Shown here one piece after another: positions 51,521 through 62,588 of a DNA stretch of 64,000 bases. The notes beneath the pieces were generated by a model that worked only from the letters and a program-made list of their open reading frames with translations, was not told the origin of the DNA and ran no database searches. The stretch lies in NCBI RefSeq assembly GCF_001194135.2, contig NC_068997.1, positions 11,598,756 through 11,662,755 on the forward strand, written 5' to 3'. The position numbers and the translations under genes are program-made. Each line of letters opens with the position of its first letter. The stretch's first letter is position 1. The DNA comes from Octopus bimaculoides (taxonomy: Eukaryota).

Positions 51521-54500
51521 GGAAGAACTTATGACTTATTTTATTTCATTCCTTTCAACCTTCACCACCACATATCACACTGCATTGATGTAAATATGTT
51601 ATTGGCATTTGCGCGAGGTTATACATATATGTGTGTGTGCGTGTGCATATGTGCGATTTTGCGAGTGCGTGCGTGTGTGTGTGTATGTTTGTGTGTGTGT
51701 GTGTGTCTGTTCTATGTCTGTGTGTGTACAAGTGGAAGCCTAACCATGTAAGTGTATGTAAATCCCTGTTAACACAAAGAGATCTGTCAAGTATCTATGT
51801 ATTTAAACGCAATACAATGCTCTTTGTATATTGCAAGCATATTCATATGGAAACTGGTAAACGCACAACATTTTTTCTCCNNNNNNNNNNNNNNNNNNNN
51901 NNNNNNNNNNNNNNNNNNNNNNNNNNNNNNNNNNNNNNNNNNNNNNNNNNNNNNNNNNNNNNNNNNNNNNNNNNNNNNNNNNNNNNNNNNNNNNNNNNNN
52001 NNNNNNNNNNNNNNNNNNNNNNNNNNNNNNNNNNNNNNNNNNNNNNNNNNNNNNNNNNNNNNNNNNNNNNNNNNNNNNNNNNNNNNNNNNNNNNNNNNNN
52101 NNNNNNNNNNNNNNNNNNNNNNNNNNNNNNNNNNNNNNNNNNNNNNNNNNNNNNNNNNNNNNNNNNNNNNNNNNNNNNNNNNNNNNNNNNNNNNNNNNNN
52201 NNNNNNNNNNNNNNNNNNNNNNNNNNNNNNNNNNNNNNNNNNNNNNNNNNNNNNNNNNNNNNNNNNNNNNNNNNNNNNNNNNNNNNNNNNNNNNNNNNNN
52301 NNNNNNNNNNNNNNNNNNNNNNNNNNNNNNNNNNNNNNNNNNNNNNNNNNNNNNNNNNNNNNNNNNNNNNNNNNNNNNNNNNNNNNNNNNNNNNNNNNNN
52401 NNNNNNNNNNNNNNNNNNNNNNNNNNNNNNNNNNNNNNNNNNNNNNNNNNNNNNNNNNNNNNNNNNNNNNNNNNNNNNNNNNNNNNNNNNNNNNNNNNNN
52501 NNNNNNNNNNNNNNNNNNNNNNNNNNNNNNNNNNNNNNNNNNNNNNNNNNNNNNNNNNNNNNNNNNNNNNNNNNNNNNNNNNNNNNNNNNNTATATATAT
52601 ATATATATATACAAATATGTATCTGTATACATGTATTCATACATAATTCCTTACACTTATATGCAAATGAAGCTCAGGCAATAACATGCACAAACACACC
52701 GGCCGAGAGACAATTAAGACCAAGTGAGAGTGGGAAAATGAATGATTTCTGTAACGAAAATGGCAGATAGACAGACAGACAGATAGATAGATAGATAGAT
52801 AGAGGGCAGTATTAACTGCACGATTGTAGTATATACTATAAATGCAAATGGCTGAATATTTTTCATTAACGTTGATATTTTCATTATGAAACCAGTAGTC
52901 ATATAGAACTTCGCTCACAGATGTGTATTGAGAGACAAAACAGATATGTATGCAAGAATGCACACTCAGATTTTAAACGCACACACATACACACACACAC
53001 ATACATATATACATGCACACATCATCGCTTCACATAATATGCATGCACATAGTAAAGCACATATCTGGTAACCATTCTGAAATCGTTCAAGCAACCAATT
53101 GTAAGTTTGCTGATAATATTCAATAATTAGACGATTGCAAATGCACTGTCTAATAATAAATCAACCCAGCAAATAGGACGTGTAACACATAAGCACCAAG
53201 TAGCATAATCAGAAATAGATTTAAAAACGAAGTCCAATGTAAAATTTACAAAAGAAATCACACATAAAGCTACGATATATTAACTAGTCCGCATTATTAA
53301 TCTGCGCTTTCGATAGCAAAGTCGAGTAGGGTGCAAAAACACTATTCTAATGTATTTGGGCTCTGAACTAGAACAATATTGATAACGTGTCGATATTTCA
53401 TTCCATAGTTGGATCCGCTTCTATGGAATAAAGCTGTAACGCCAAACGAACAAAATATTGGCTTCGCTAAAGAGAAGAAATATGAAATATTTCTGTGAGT
53501 TCTTTCAAATTTTTTGACAGAAGAGAAAGAAAGATAAGAATGGAAGAAAATATGTATTAAAGAAAGGGAACAAAAAAAACTCAAAGTCATGAAAAGATAA
53601 TTCTCTTTATTATAATCTTTTCATTCGTGTCCTAGCAATGGAAATAGCACTAACATTAGGTAGGTTTGTCTGGAAGCAATTTATTTCATATTATGTAGCT
53701 TTTTCATCAATTGTTATTATTCAAATATACTTCCATATACTTGCACGCACATCTATCTATCTATTTATCTATCTACACACACGCACACACACACACACAT
53801 ACACACACACACACACACGCATTTATACATATATGTAAAGGTAGAGACAAAGCAATAGGTAGACTTTTAGATATGTGTGTGTATATATGAACATACATAC
53901 ACACATATNNNNNNNNNNNNNNNNNNNNNNNNNNNNNNNNNNNNNNNNNNNNNNNNNNNNNNNNNNNNNNNNNNNNNNNNNNNNNNNNNNNNNNNNNNNN
54001 NNNNNNNNNNNNNNNNNNNNNNNNNNNNNNNNNNNNNNNNNNNNNNNNNNNNNNNNNNNNNNNNNNNNNNNNNNNNNNNNNNNNNNNNNNNNNNNNNNNN
54101 NNNNNNNNNNNNNNNNNNNNNNNNNNNNNNNNNNNNNNNNNNNNNNNNNNNNNNNNNNNNNNATATATATATATATATATATATACATAATGTTTGTGTG
54201 TGTGTATCGGACGACGTGACTATATCTTTATAAATGTGTCCGTCACATTTCTTCTTTTGTATTCATAACTTTCACAATAACAAATATAACATTCATTTAT
54301 ATCTGTGTCAACGTTTTTACTTCTAGCGAATTGTCGAATCTTTTCGTCATATTCTGTGTGCATGAACAAGTTTTACTATCCTTTTAAGAATAATGGAATG
54401 AATATGAGTTACCATTGCCAGAAATTGGTTTTCAACTTTGTTATATACTTACTCTTTTATTGACATCAAAATTTTGTGCGTTGTGACAGATCATGGATAT

Positions 54501-55324
54501 ATAGGTTGGAACAGGTTTCATTATTTACGGCTTTAGCTGATAAGTATAAACAATTCAAAAAATATTCTATGATGTATTTATTAGCGTGTATATTTATCGT
54601 GTATTTGTGTGGAAATGATGATGAAATTGTGAATAGCTATTGTATCTATATATCGAACTGTCTATTTCTGTGTGTTTATCAGAGTTTGGGAACTCGTGTG
54701 CTTAGAATATGTTTTGTTAAATGCACTGTTTTAATATTGAATATGAGTTAAAACAATGAGTCCCAAAATGAAACGCGTTGTTTCCAAAGTCACTGAACGA
54801 CAAATACATTCATATTATGCTAATGCACATTCCATAGAAATGAACATTTTTTGTTTGTTAGATTTTCTTTTGTGCAGTAAATTTTGTGCCGGGCCACTGC
54901 ATTTAGCGATTATCACGCTGATTTATGGGCAGCCATGTTTCTAATTATGCGACCGCCTTTGTATTTTGGATACAATCGTAACAATTAAAATTTTAGAAGT
55001 ATTAGAAGTACTAGTAATAGTCATATTTCCAATCGGTTATAACAAAATTACTCAAAAAAATATTCATTTATGAAATTGTATCCAGTGAAAAACGTTGTAA
55101 AATTTTAATAAATATGAATAAATCATGGTTAATTACGAAATCAAAAATATTGTTGATTTTTCACGTAAACGACATTAAGGATACACTGCATGGATAAGTG
55201 TTTAAATAACGTTCTGTTTTTCATGGGTTTCGATAGATTTATATTCTTTACAATGTCTAGATTTATTGTAAAGCGTTTATTATTTATTTTGTTCAGTGAA
55301 ACAAAATTGATACAAATCTAATAT

Positions 55325-55374
55325 ATCTCTTACCAATTGGTGTCATTCCTATCTCTTACTAATTGGTGTCATCC
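55325..55374. repeat. 26-bp tandem duplication
   Basis: ATCTCTTACCAATTGGTGTCATTCCT / ATCTCTTACTAATTGGTGTCATCC. Confidence 0.85.
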
Positions 55375-56464
55375 AGTGTGGCACCACATAATGCAGGTGT
55401 CGGCGAACCGGGGTAAATTACGCAAGTCGGTGAAAAATGAAATTCTAGACGTAAGTAAAATTATATACAAACGTGTTCCTTGTTCCAACATAAATTTTGC
55501 TTCTGGCAACACTGCATCTGTCCAATATAATGGACGTGTAAATAAATTCATATAAATAGATGCAAGAAAATAGATTCAATATACCTGTTCGATTAAAAGG
55601 ATCTATGATTTTCTTCCTTTCAAATGAAGGGGTAATGTCGGCGTAAATAAATATATGGTAGCTGATTAAAAACGTTCCCCGCGCCCTGACATAAGTGATA
55701 AGTTGTAGCATAATGTACATTGCCGCTTATAAATAGTTTCAAGATAAGGTCTAAAAATTAAGACAAATCTTTGTTTTTCGTACCAACTTAGTTTCTTCAA
55801 AAGAATTCATTAACGTATGCCACACAATCATCTAATAATTTTATTCCCTTATCATCGCTTTCATAAATGAAAGCAAACAACGTATCATTCGTGAAAGTAT
55901 TAACAAAGAAACCATTTTAATAAGAGTTAAAACAACTAATAGCCACAAAAAGCTGTTGCAACTATGAGTTGTTTTAACTCTTATTTCTAGCAACGCTGGT
56001 GCTGACTAGCGCCCTCTCCACTTGAAGTTCCAAGCGTTGCACTTGCAGAATCGTATGCACTCACTTATACACAAATAAGTATATCTCAAGATTATTTGAG
56101 GCAAAATGTGATAGAGTGTCGCTTATGGTAATTTCCAATATTTGGTTAAGTCCATATAGTTTGATAAAATAAACATTCTTCGTTTATTGTGGTTTCTCTT
56201 ATTGTCCATGCTTTCCCAAACATTTCTGGCAACGTCAGATATTCATTAGAAAGCATAGGAATTCGTTAAATTATTATTAAATCATTTGTTGTTTTGATTG
56301 TGTTTGTCATTTTATTACACAAGTGACCGCAGCTCAATAAGACTTGAGCATGCGCAATATTTTGCTTGGGTTTTGTATTTTTCTAGTGTCTTAGAAGCTA
56401 TAGCACCTAATATTGTGTGGACTGTCTAATAATGCGCTTATGTCTGATGTATATGATCGAAAAT

Positions 56465-56528
56465 CTTCCGATTTATTATATTTATTGTCATTCACACTTC
56501 CGATTTATCATATTTACTGTCAGTCACA
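56465..56528. repeat. 32-bp tandem duplication
   Basis: CTTCCGATTTATTATATTTATTGTCATTCACA / CTTCCGATTTATCATATTTACTGTCAGTCACA (29/32). Confidence 0.9.
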
Positions 56529-58061
56529 TTTTATGGTGCTTATTTTCGGTTTCAGTTTTCATTTCCACGCACTTTGATTATCCCTACTCTTAAAGTTTTC
56601 ATAGAATTTCTTTCTGTTTCAATTTCTGTAGAAGTTATACTGTCATTTAAGCCTCTAAGATATGAATGCAGGCACAACATTTTCTATTGGTCATTGGCGA
56701 TATGTAGATGATTTGAAATAACATTGTCCCTAATATTTCGTATACCTGTAGGTATAGTTACTTTCTCATTCTCGGAGATATTTTATAACGTAAGTTAGTG
56801 CTTTAGGTTGACAACTTAATTTCCAGTGTGCAGCTATAAAACTGTCATGCTTGCGTATATTACTAAAGTGTGTGTACGTGTGAGCGTGCTTATGTGTATG
56901 TGTGCTTGTGTGTGCGTGCGTATACGAATGCGCGTTTGTGTGCATAATTGTGTGTGTTTGCGCGTATGTATGCGTGTGCGTAAGCAAATACAAACATACA
57001 ACCACGTATATATATATATATATGTTTGGCTAAAACACGGCTGCTAGATAAGGTAATTGATTCTTTGTTTACGGCCTCCATCTACTTAGCAGTTACATCA
57101 TGTATTGCACTTCGTTATATGTATCTGGTAGGTCTCCGCCAAAATTGTTGAATCTTTTGTTTGCTTGATTTTCTATCCTCATTAATTTCACTTTCATATT
57201 ATTAGCCAAGTTAATGCTGTTCTTGCCTCCGTGAATTTATTTGTTAGTATGCATTTACATCATATACATTCATGACATTTTTCGAATAATTTCTAACGTT
57301 TAATCGTTTTCATGGCATTTGTATGTCCGCATCCCATCCGTAGTTTAGGGAGTAACTGTTTTTCTTTCTTTGTTTTTCTAGCGGTTTGTGTAGAATAATC
57401 AAGATACGCTTTTTGTCATATTTTCAAATGCTATTGGCATATAATTTTCCTTTGGATCTACTTCGTTGTAGTCCAACGTTAGATATATTACGAAAATATT
57501 CGATTTGTAGAAAATTGCCTATTTAAGGTAAACATAACCATCCTGTATATGAAAATGTTTCATTCTAAATGATTTATTCTGCGTGAAATAGTTATATTAC
57601 TTGCATCATTGTTTAGTATTACTAACAGACTTATTGGCCGAACTAATTTGTGAAATAGTCACCGCAAAGATATATATTAAGAATGCGTTGAAGAATAGAT
57701 TTTTCTGCAACTCCATAATCCTTGCTATAAGTTGTTTTATTTTTATTTTCATGTTCTATTTATATTCAGACATGTTACTTAGATCAAAAGTGTGTATCTG
57801 TATGAATTAAGCTATCCATTCTACAAAATATCGTAATAGAGGCGTTCAGTACTTTATTGTCTTCAAGATTGCCTGGGTTCGTTTATCCACCTTGATTCAC
57901 CAACAGGAACAACAATGTATTTCTCAATGGTCTCAGTTGTTATTGATCTGCAACATCTAACGTGTGCTTCCATGATTTTCTGTGGGTTTCTACCAGAACA
58001 CATTCTGCAAAAGCTAAATATATATGAATGTCGTTTTGCTGGTAAGCTGCAGGGATGAAGT

Positions 58062-58117
58062 GAGAGAGAGAGAGAGACTTAGAGAGGCAGAAAGTGAGAC
58101 ATAGAGAGAAAGAAAAA

Positions 58118-58173
<56 letters not shown>

Positions 58174-58230
58174 AGAAAGAAAAAAAGAAAGAAAAAAGAA
58201 AGAAAGAAAGAAAGAAAGAAAAATGAAAGA
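58062..58230. repeat. (AG)n/(AAAG)n purine-rich microsatellite
   Basis: Directly visible. Confidence 0.95.
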
Positions 58231-60992
58231 AAGTGAGAAACAAACTTTATTAAGCGGAATTACTTTTATAATTCTGTTGCATGACATTTTAATGTGCATT
58301 GTCAGCTAATTATTATTGGCCTGCTTGATAAATCAGCTTGTTGTTAGGTCTATGTTATTCAAGAACAATTTTTATACTGCTCGTTTGTGTTTATCAAGTG
58401 AAAGGCTTTCTGTTAATCAACCATACAACCTCTGAGTAAGTTCTTTCTTCGTCTATAGTTTACGTTATGTCACAGCTGATCAGTAGTTGAGCGTTATAAA
58501 TCATTAGTGGATCCACTCAGTTCTTTTGGAAATTATATTGTTTTTTTTTCTTCTTATGTTGATATTCCAAACCTGCAGCATTATCGCCGACAAGTAATAT
58601 TCATATATTGACAAGCAGCATATGTACCGTTTGAGATATCTATCGTGATTATTGAAATCATCCATTGTTCATGTTTTGCAATGGTTATCGTTATTCTCAT
58701 TTCCAGTGGCGCTCCATTCCTATTCAGATTCGAGGAAAACCGTTTCGTCCTCGTGTCGAATTTTCTGACACATCATTTTATAACTGCCCATGCGTTCCTC
58801 TTTTACAAAGAGCTCATACTACAGTGGCTACTTCATTCTGAGCTTTCCAGTATTTGTTGTGCTGTTTTTACTGCAATATATTGCAGATTGTTTATCATTG
58901 TTCTTTATTAATTTCATGAAATACTGACAGTATCTTTCATGTTATATATTTTTTCAAGCATGTTTGCTTAGTGGAATGTTTTTCTTTGCTTTTATATATT
59001 TTCATCTGAGACGTACCAGAACACTTCTACTGGTGACAAACGTTTTCTATGAGCAACATATTTTTACGAACTGATATAGTGATATTCATCTTTACATTTT
59101 GTTGTTTTTGTGCTTATTTCCAGTACCTCATATGAGGTAGTGATTATCAGGTTGCGCAATTTCCAGTGTATTTATGGTGACACGATCACTAGATGTATCA
59201 TTAATCAGCTCATGAGGCGGAGGCTCCACCCGTTTCTTTTCATTATATATATATATATATATATATATTTGAGTACATGGAAGTAGTCATTATAATAATT
59301 TGCGTGTTGATTCCCAAGTATATTCACTATCATAACTGCACTCCTTTCTTTCTGAAGGCTTGCATTCAGGAAAAATTTGCAACACTGTTGGAATATTGCA
59401 GCACAAAATGACACTTGCTAGTTTACAAATTATAAATTCTGATGCATTTATACAGAATTGCCTCATTGAAAGGTTTTTGCTATAGTAATGAATCAAAATC
59501 TTTTTCTCGAAAGCTCTCTCACAGTAAATGAACCAGTATATATTGATATATTCATATTTCAAATTATTCCTATATTTCTCATTGCTTATTTATATATTTG
59601 CTCGTGGAATACTTACTTGATATACACTTATAAAAAACGTCTGTTTAGCATAGCATTCTTACTGAAATTTATATAAAAAACTTAGATTGAAATTTCCGGG
59701 AAAAGTATTTTCTGTATGATTGAGGAGACTGAAAATAGGATATGAATAATTAACGTCGTATTGCAGGTGAACTTAAGTCAACGTGCTACGAAAGGCATCA
59801 ATGTAGGATCCTGATCCTGACAGATGTTCCTTCATCTCACTTACCACCTTATAAATGCATATTTTTGATAATGTAATCCGTGATAAATTTGTCAGAAGAA
59901 TGAGTTAATAGAGAATGGTCGAATTTTGATCGCATTATGGTTAGGAATCTGCTGATTACAGCTGAACTGCAAGATTTTGCTAATATAACCACTTCATGGA
60001 AAGGTAAAACTAATAAAGAGCAAAGGGAACGACATTTTCATTATTTCACTATATAAATTTCATGTTGAGAGTGACACAAATTAAATACTTTCAAATGTAA
60101 GACAACGAAAAGCAAGGAGAGGTAAGAAGAGGAATAAGTATCTGAGAATTATCGATCAGAAAAAAACATGAGTTGAAAAGTTGATTGAAAATGGCAGCTA
60201 AATAATGACGATTAGAAATGTTTAGTCTAGAGACGAAAATGTCCGAGTTGTAATCTGGCATATAAAGGAAGTGTTATGACATTTTTAATTTGATTACGAA
60301 TAACAAAAATTTCGAAAGAAATTAATCGAATATTAACTGTTTAATGTTACATGAATTATTACATTATTTTGCTGCGGGGTTTCATATTGTTCATGTCAAT
60401 GAGTTACACGTCATGTAGTACTGGGAATATCTTGAGTGGCAGCGAACTAATATTTTTGGCAATTTCCGAAAAGATTCATTCGCATTATTGAAGTGAAATG
60501 CCAATAAGAGCGAAACAAAATAATTTTTTTGTTACATCGATGCAAAGTTATGAGTTCCTAGATATATTTTATAAAATAAGGCAAGTTCGATATAATGCAT
60601 GAAGTGCAAAAATGAGTCGAAATTATCGAAGTTTTAAACTAAGGAGTGATTAAATTTATTGAAATTGGATTGAATTGATTTGAAGAAAATACCTGCCCTG
60701 CCATGAAAATAGAACACTATAGAAAATTTACACCAGCGGTAAACCTGGTATTGTAATGTGAAAACGAACATTGCAAACTGGTATCAGAATAGAGATGTAT
60801 GCATTCTAGCTATTTATCGACCGTCTCTCACTCTATCTATTAACTGCCTGTTAACTACCTGTTGTTTTCCTGTAACAAGTAGGTATGTCAAATATTTGCT
60901 CTGTTATCTTGTTGAGGGACTGTCTATAGCTATTGAAATTAACTTATATTTCTTTTCTTTTGTATGTTAAATAAATCTATGCTTGCGTGTAA

Positions 60993-61025
60993 TGACTAAT
61001 TATATTTTGTTCTATTTTATTTCAG
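60993..61025 (+). promoter_or_regulatory. 3' splice site (branch point, polypyrimidine tract, AG) of the intron upstream of the receptor coding exon
   Basis: TGACTAAT (60993-61000; branch A at 60999), then TATATTTTGTTCTATTTTATTTCAG ending at 61025, 59 nt before the ATG. Confidence 0.75.
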
Positions 61026-61039
61026 AAAACTAACATAAA

Positions 61040-61071
61040 ATGAAAATGATAAATTGATGGATTTTGAATAA
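61040..61071 (+). promoter_or_regulatory. Two overlapping upstream ORFs (MKMIN*, MDFE*)
   Basis: ATG 61040 AAA ATG ATA AAT TGA (ends 61057), in frame with the receptor. ATG 61057 GAT TTT GAA TAA (ends 61071) shares the TGATG junction. Confidence 0.6.
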
Positions 61072-61084
61072 GAGAGAATACACA

Positions 61085-62191
61085 ATGAATTGGTATGAGT
61101 CAACAGCGCCTAATCTATTCGTGAACAGCAGTGAGGAGACAGTATGGATGATTATGTATCACAACGACAGCAGCGGGAACTCGTTTGGCAATACGACGAT
61201 TATAGAAAATAATTTTGCAGAAAGATTACTAAAGATAATTGTTCCAATTGTGTTCGGAGTAATCGTCACAGTTGGGTTTATCGGTAACCTTTTGGTTATC
61301 ATCGTCATTATTTCAAACAAAAGAATGGTAAATACCACAAATATCCTCATATTTAGCCTGGCCTTGGCTGATTTATGTTTTATCGTCTTTTGTGTGCCAT
61401 TTACAGCAGCTAAATATGTAATACCTCGGTGGCCGTTTGGCAAAGTTTGGTGTAAAATAATGCAGTATTTGACATATGTGTGCGCTTACGCTAGTGTCTA
61501 TACACTCGTGCTGATGTCATTCGACCGGTATCTAGCGGTAGTACACCCTATCAGGTCGATGACTATACGGACAGAAAAGAACTGTTTAATAATGGTAATA
61601 ATTGTTTGGGTGATCATTCTGGCAGCAAATGCACCACTGTTAATTCAATTTGACCTTCTGGTCTACGTATATCACGGAGAACAACGTCAGTCATGCGTGA
61701 ACACTGCTGCTTCCGAAGATCCAATGTTGAACATTATATTCTATGTTGCATTTTTCGTTGCAGGTTACGTCATCCCATTAACATTAGTATGCATTCTATA
61801 TGGTTTCATGCTTAGGCGCCTCCTCTTTGGAATAACCCCGCGCAATCAGTCAGCAGAAAGTATAAGATCAAAAAAGAGGGTGACACGTATGATAGTTATA
61901 GTTGTGATTCTCTTTGCTATTTGCTGGTTGCCAATCCAAATTATATTCATGCTTCACAGTGCTGGAGTTTATGCCACGAATACCACAAACTTCTGGATTC
62001 ATCTTATAGCCAACTGCTTCGCATATGCCAATAGTTGTATGAATCCAATACTTTATGCCTTCTTATCCGATAATTTTAGGAAAAGTTTTCGAAAGCTTCT
62101 ATGTTGCTCCTCTCCAGCGCTCAGTACGTACGACTATGAACGAACGCAAATACGGGGAAGTATGTCAACAAGAAGATCCGAAGCTGTATAA
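61085..62191 (+). CDS. AstA-R: Allatostatin-A/galanin-family neuropeptide receptor (class A 7TM GPCR; buccalin-receptor type), single coding exon, 368 aa
   Basis: Uninterrupted ORF with seven hydrophobic segments and family motifs: GFIGNLLV (TM1), SLALADL (TM2), WPFGKVWCK, YTLVLMSFDRYLAVVHP (TM3/DRY), KKRVTRM, FAICWLPIQ (TM6), AYANSCMNPILYAFLSDNFRKSF (TM7/helix 8). N-terminal sequons NSS, NDS, NTT; ECL2 Cys; CC after helix 8. The track starts at TTG 61064, but the first in-frame ATG is 61085 (ACAATGA, -3 A), with an in-frame TGA at 61055-61057. Stop TAA 62189-62191. Confidence 0.95.
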   Translation: MNWYESTAPNLFVNSSEETVWMIMYHNDSSGNSFGNTTIIENNFAERLLKIIVPIVFGVIVTVGFIGNLLVIIVIISNKRMVNTTNILIFSLALADLCFIVFCVPFTAAKYVIPRWPFGKVWCKIMQYLTYVCAYASVYTLVLMSFDRYLAVVHPIRSMTIRTEKNCLIMVIIVWVIILAANAPLLIQFDLLVYVYHGEQRQSCVNTAASEDPMLNIIFYVAFFVAGYVIPLTLVCILYGFMLRRLLFGITPRNQSAESIRSKKRVTRMIVIVVILFAICWLPIQIIFMLHSAGVYATNTTNFWIHLIANCFAYANSCMNPILYAFLSDNFRKSFRKLLCCSSPALSTYDYERTQIRGSMSTRRSEAV

Positions 62192-62582
62192 AAAAGCAGA
62201 AATACTGTAAAAAATTACTCACTAACTACGGTATAGTGAACTGGATGAGTAAATGATGATATAATTAGAGCATTTTAGAAGCTAGTTCTAAATATACTTC
62301 TGCTAGCAGAAGAACGAATGTGTTTATATGTATGAATATAAGTGCAGTGTGTATATATGAGTGTGCATGGCATGTCCGATTTGTAACAATATTCTCTATA
62401 TCCTAGCTAGAAGACATGAAAATGACAAACATATGGCTGGTGATGGCTGGTTATTATTCTTTAAAAACAAGAGTTTTGACAGGTACTTTGACGTTTTGGT
62501 TAACTATATCATCGGACTCTCAGACGTAGTCTTAGCTGACCAACATTTCGAAGTCACTCACAATAATATTACTACAAATTAT

Positions 62583-62588
62583 AATAAA
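62583..62588 (+). terminator. Candidate polyadenylation signal for the receptor mRNA
   Basis: AATAAA about 390 nt after the stop codon; the hexamer is common in AT-rich DNA, so support is weak. Confidence 0.3.

Noticed and set aside
55990-56040. GCAACGCT/AGCGTTGC hairpin beside CTAG as a Helitron 3' end
   Set aside because: The spacing and loop size do not match the usual hairpin-CTRR arrangement, and no 5' TC end was identified.
61064-61084. TTG start and 7-aa extension MNKREYT given by the ORF track
   Set aside because: Non-ATG start in a eukaryotic gene; ATG 61085 has a good -3 A context.
61159-61443. 94-aa antisense ORF inside the receptor
   Set aside because: Shadow of the hydrophobic coding strand; no independent evidence.
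62177-62188. C-terminal SEAV as a PDZ-binding motif
   Set aside because: Fits only the loose E-x-V class; such matches are common and I cannot assess conservation.
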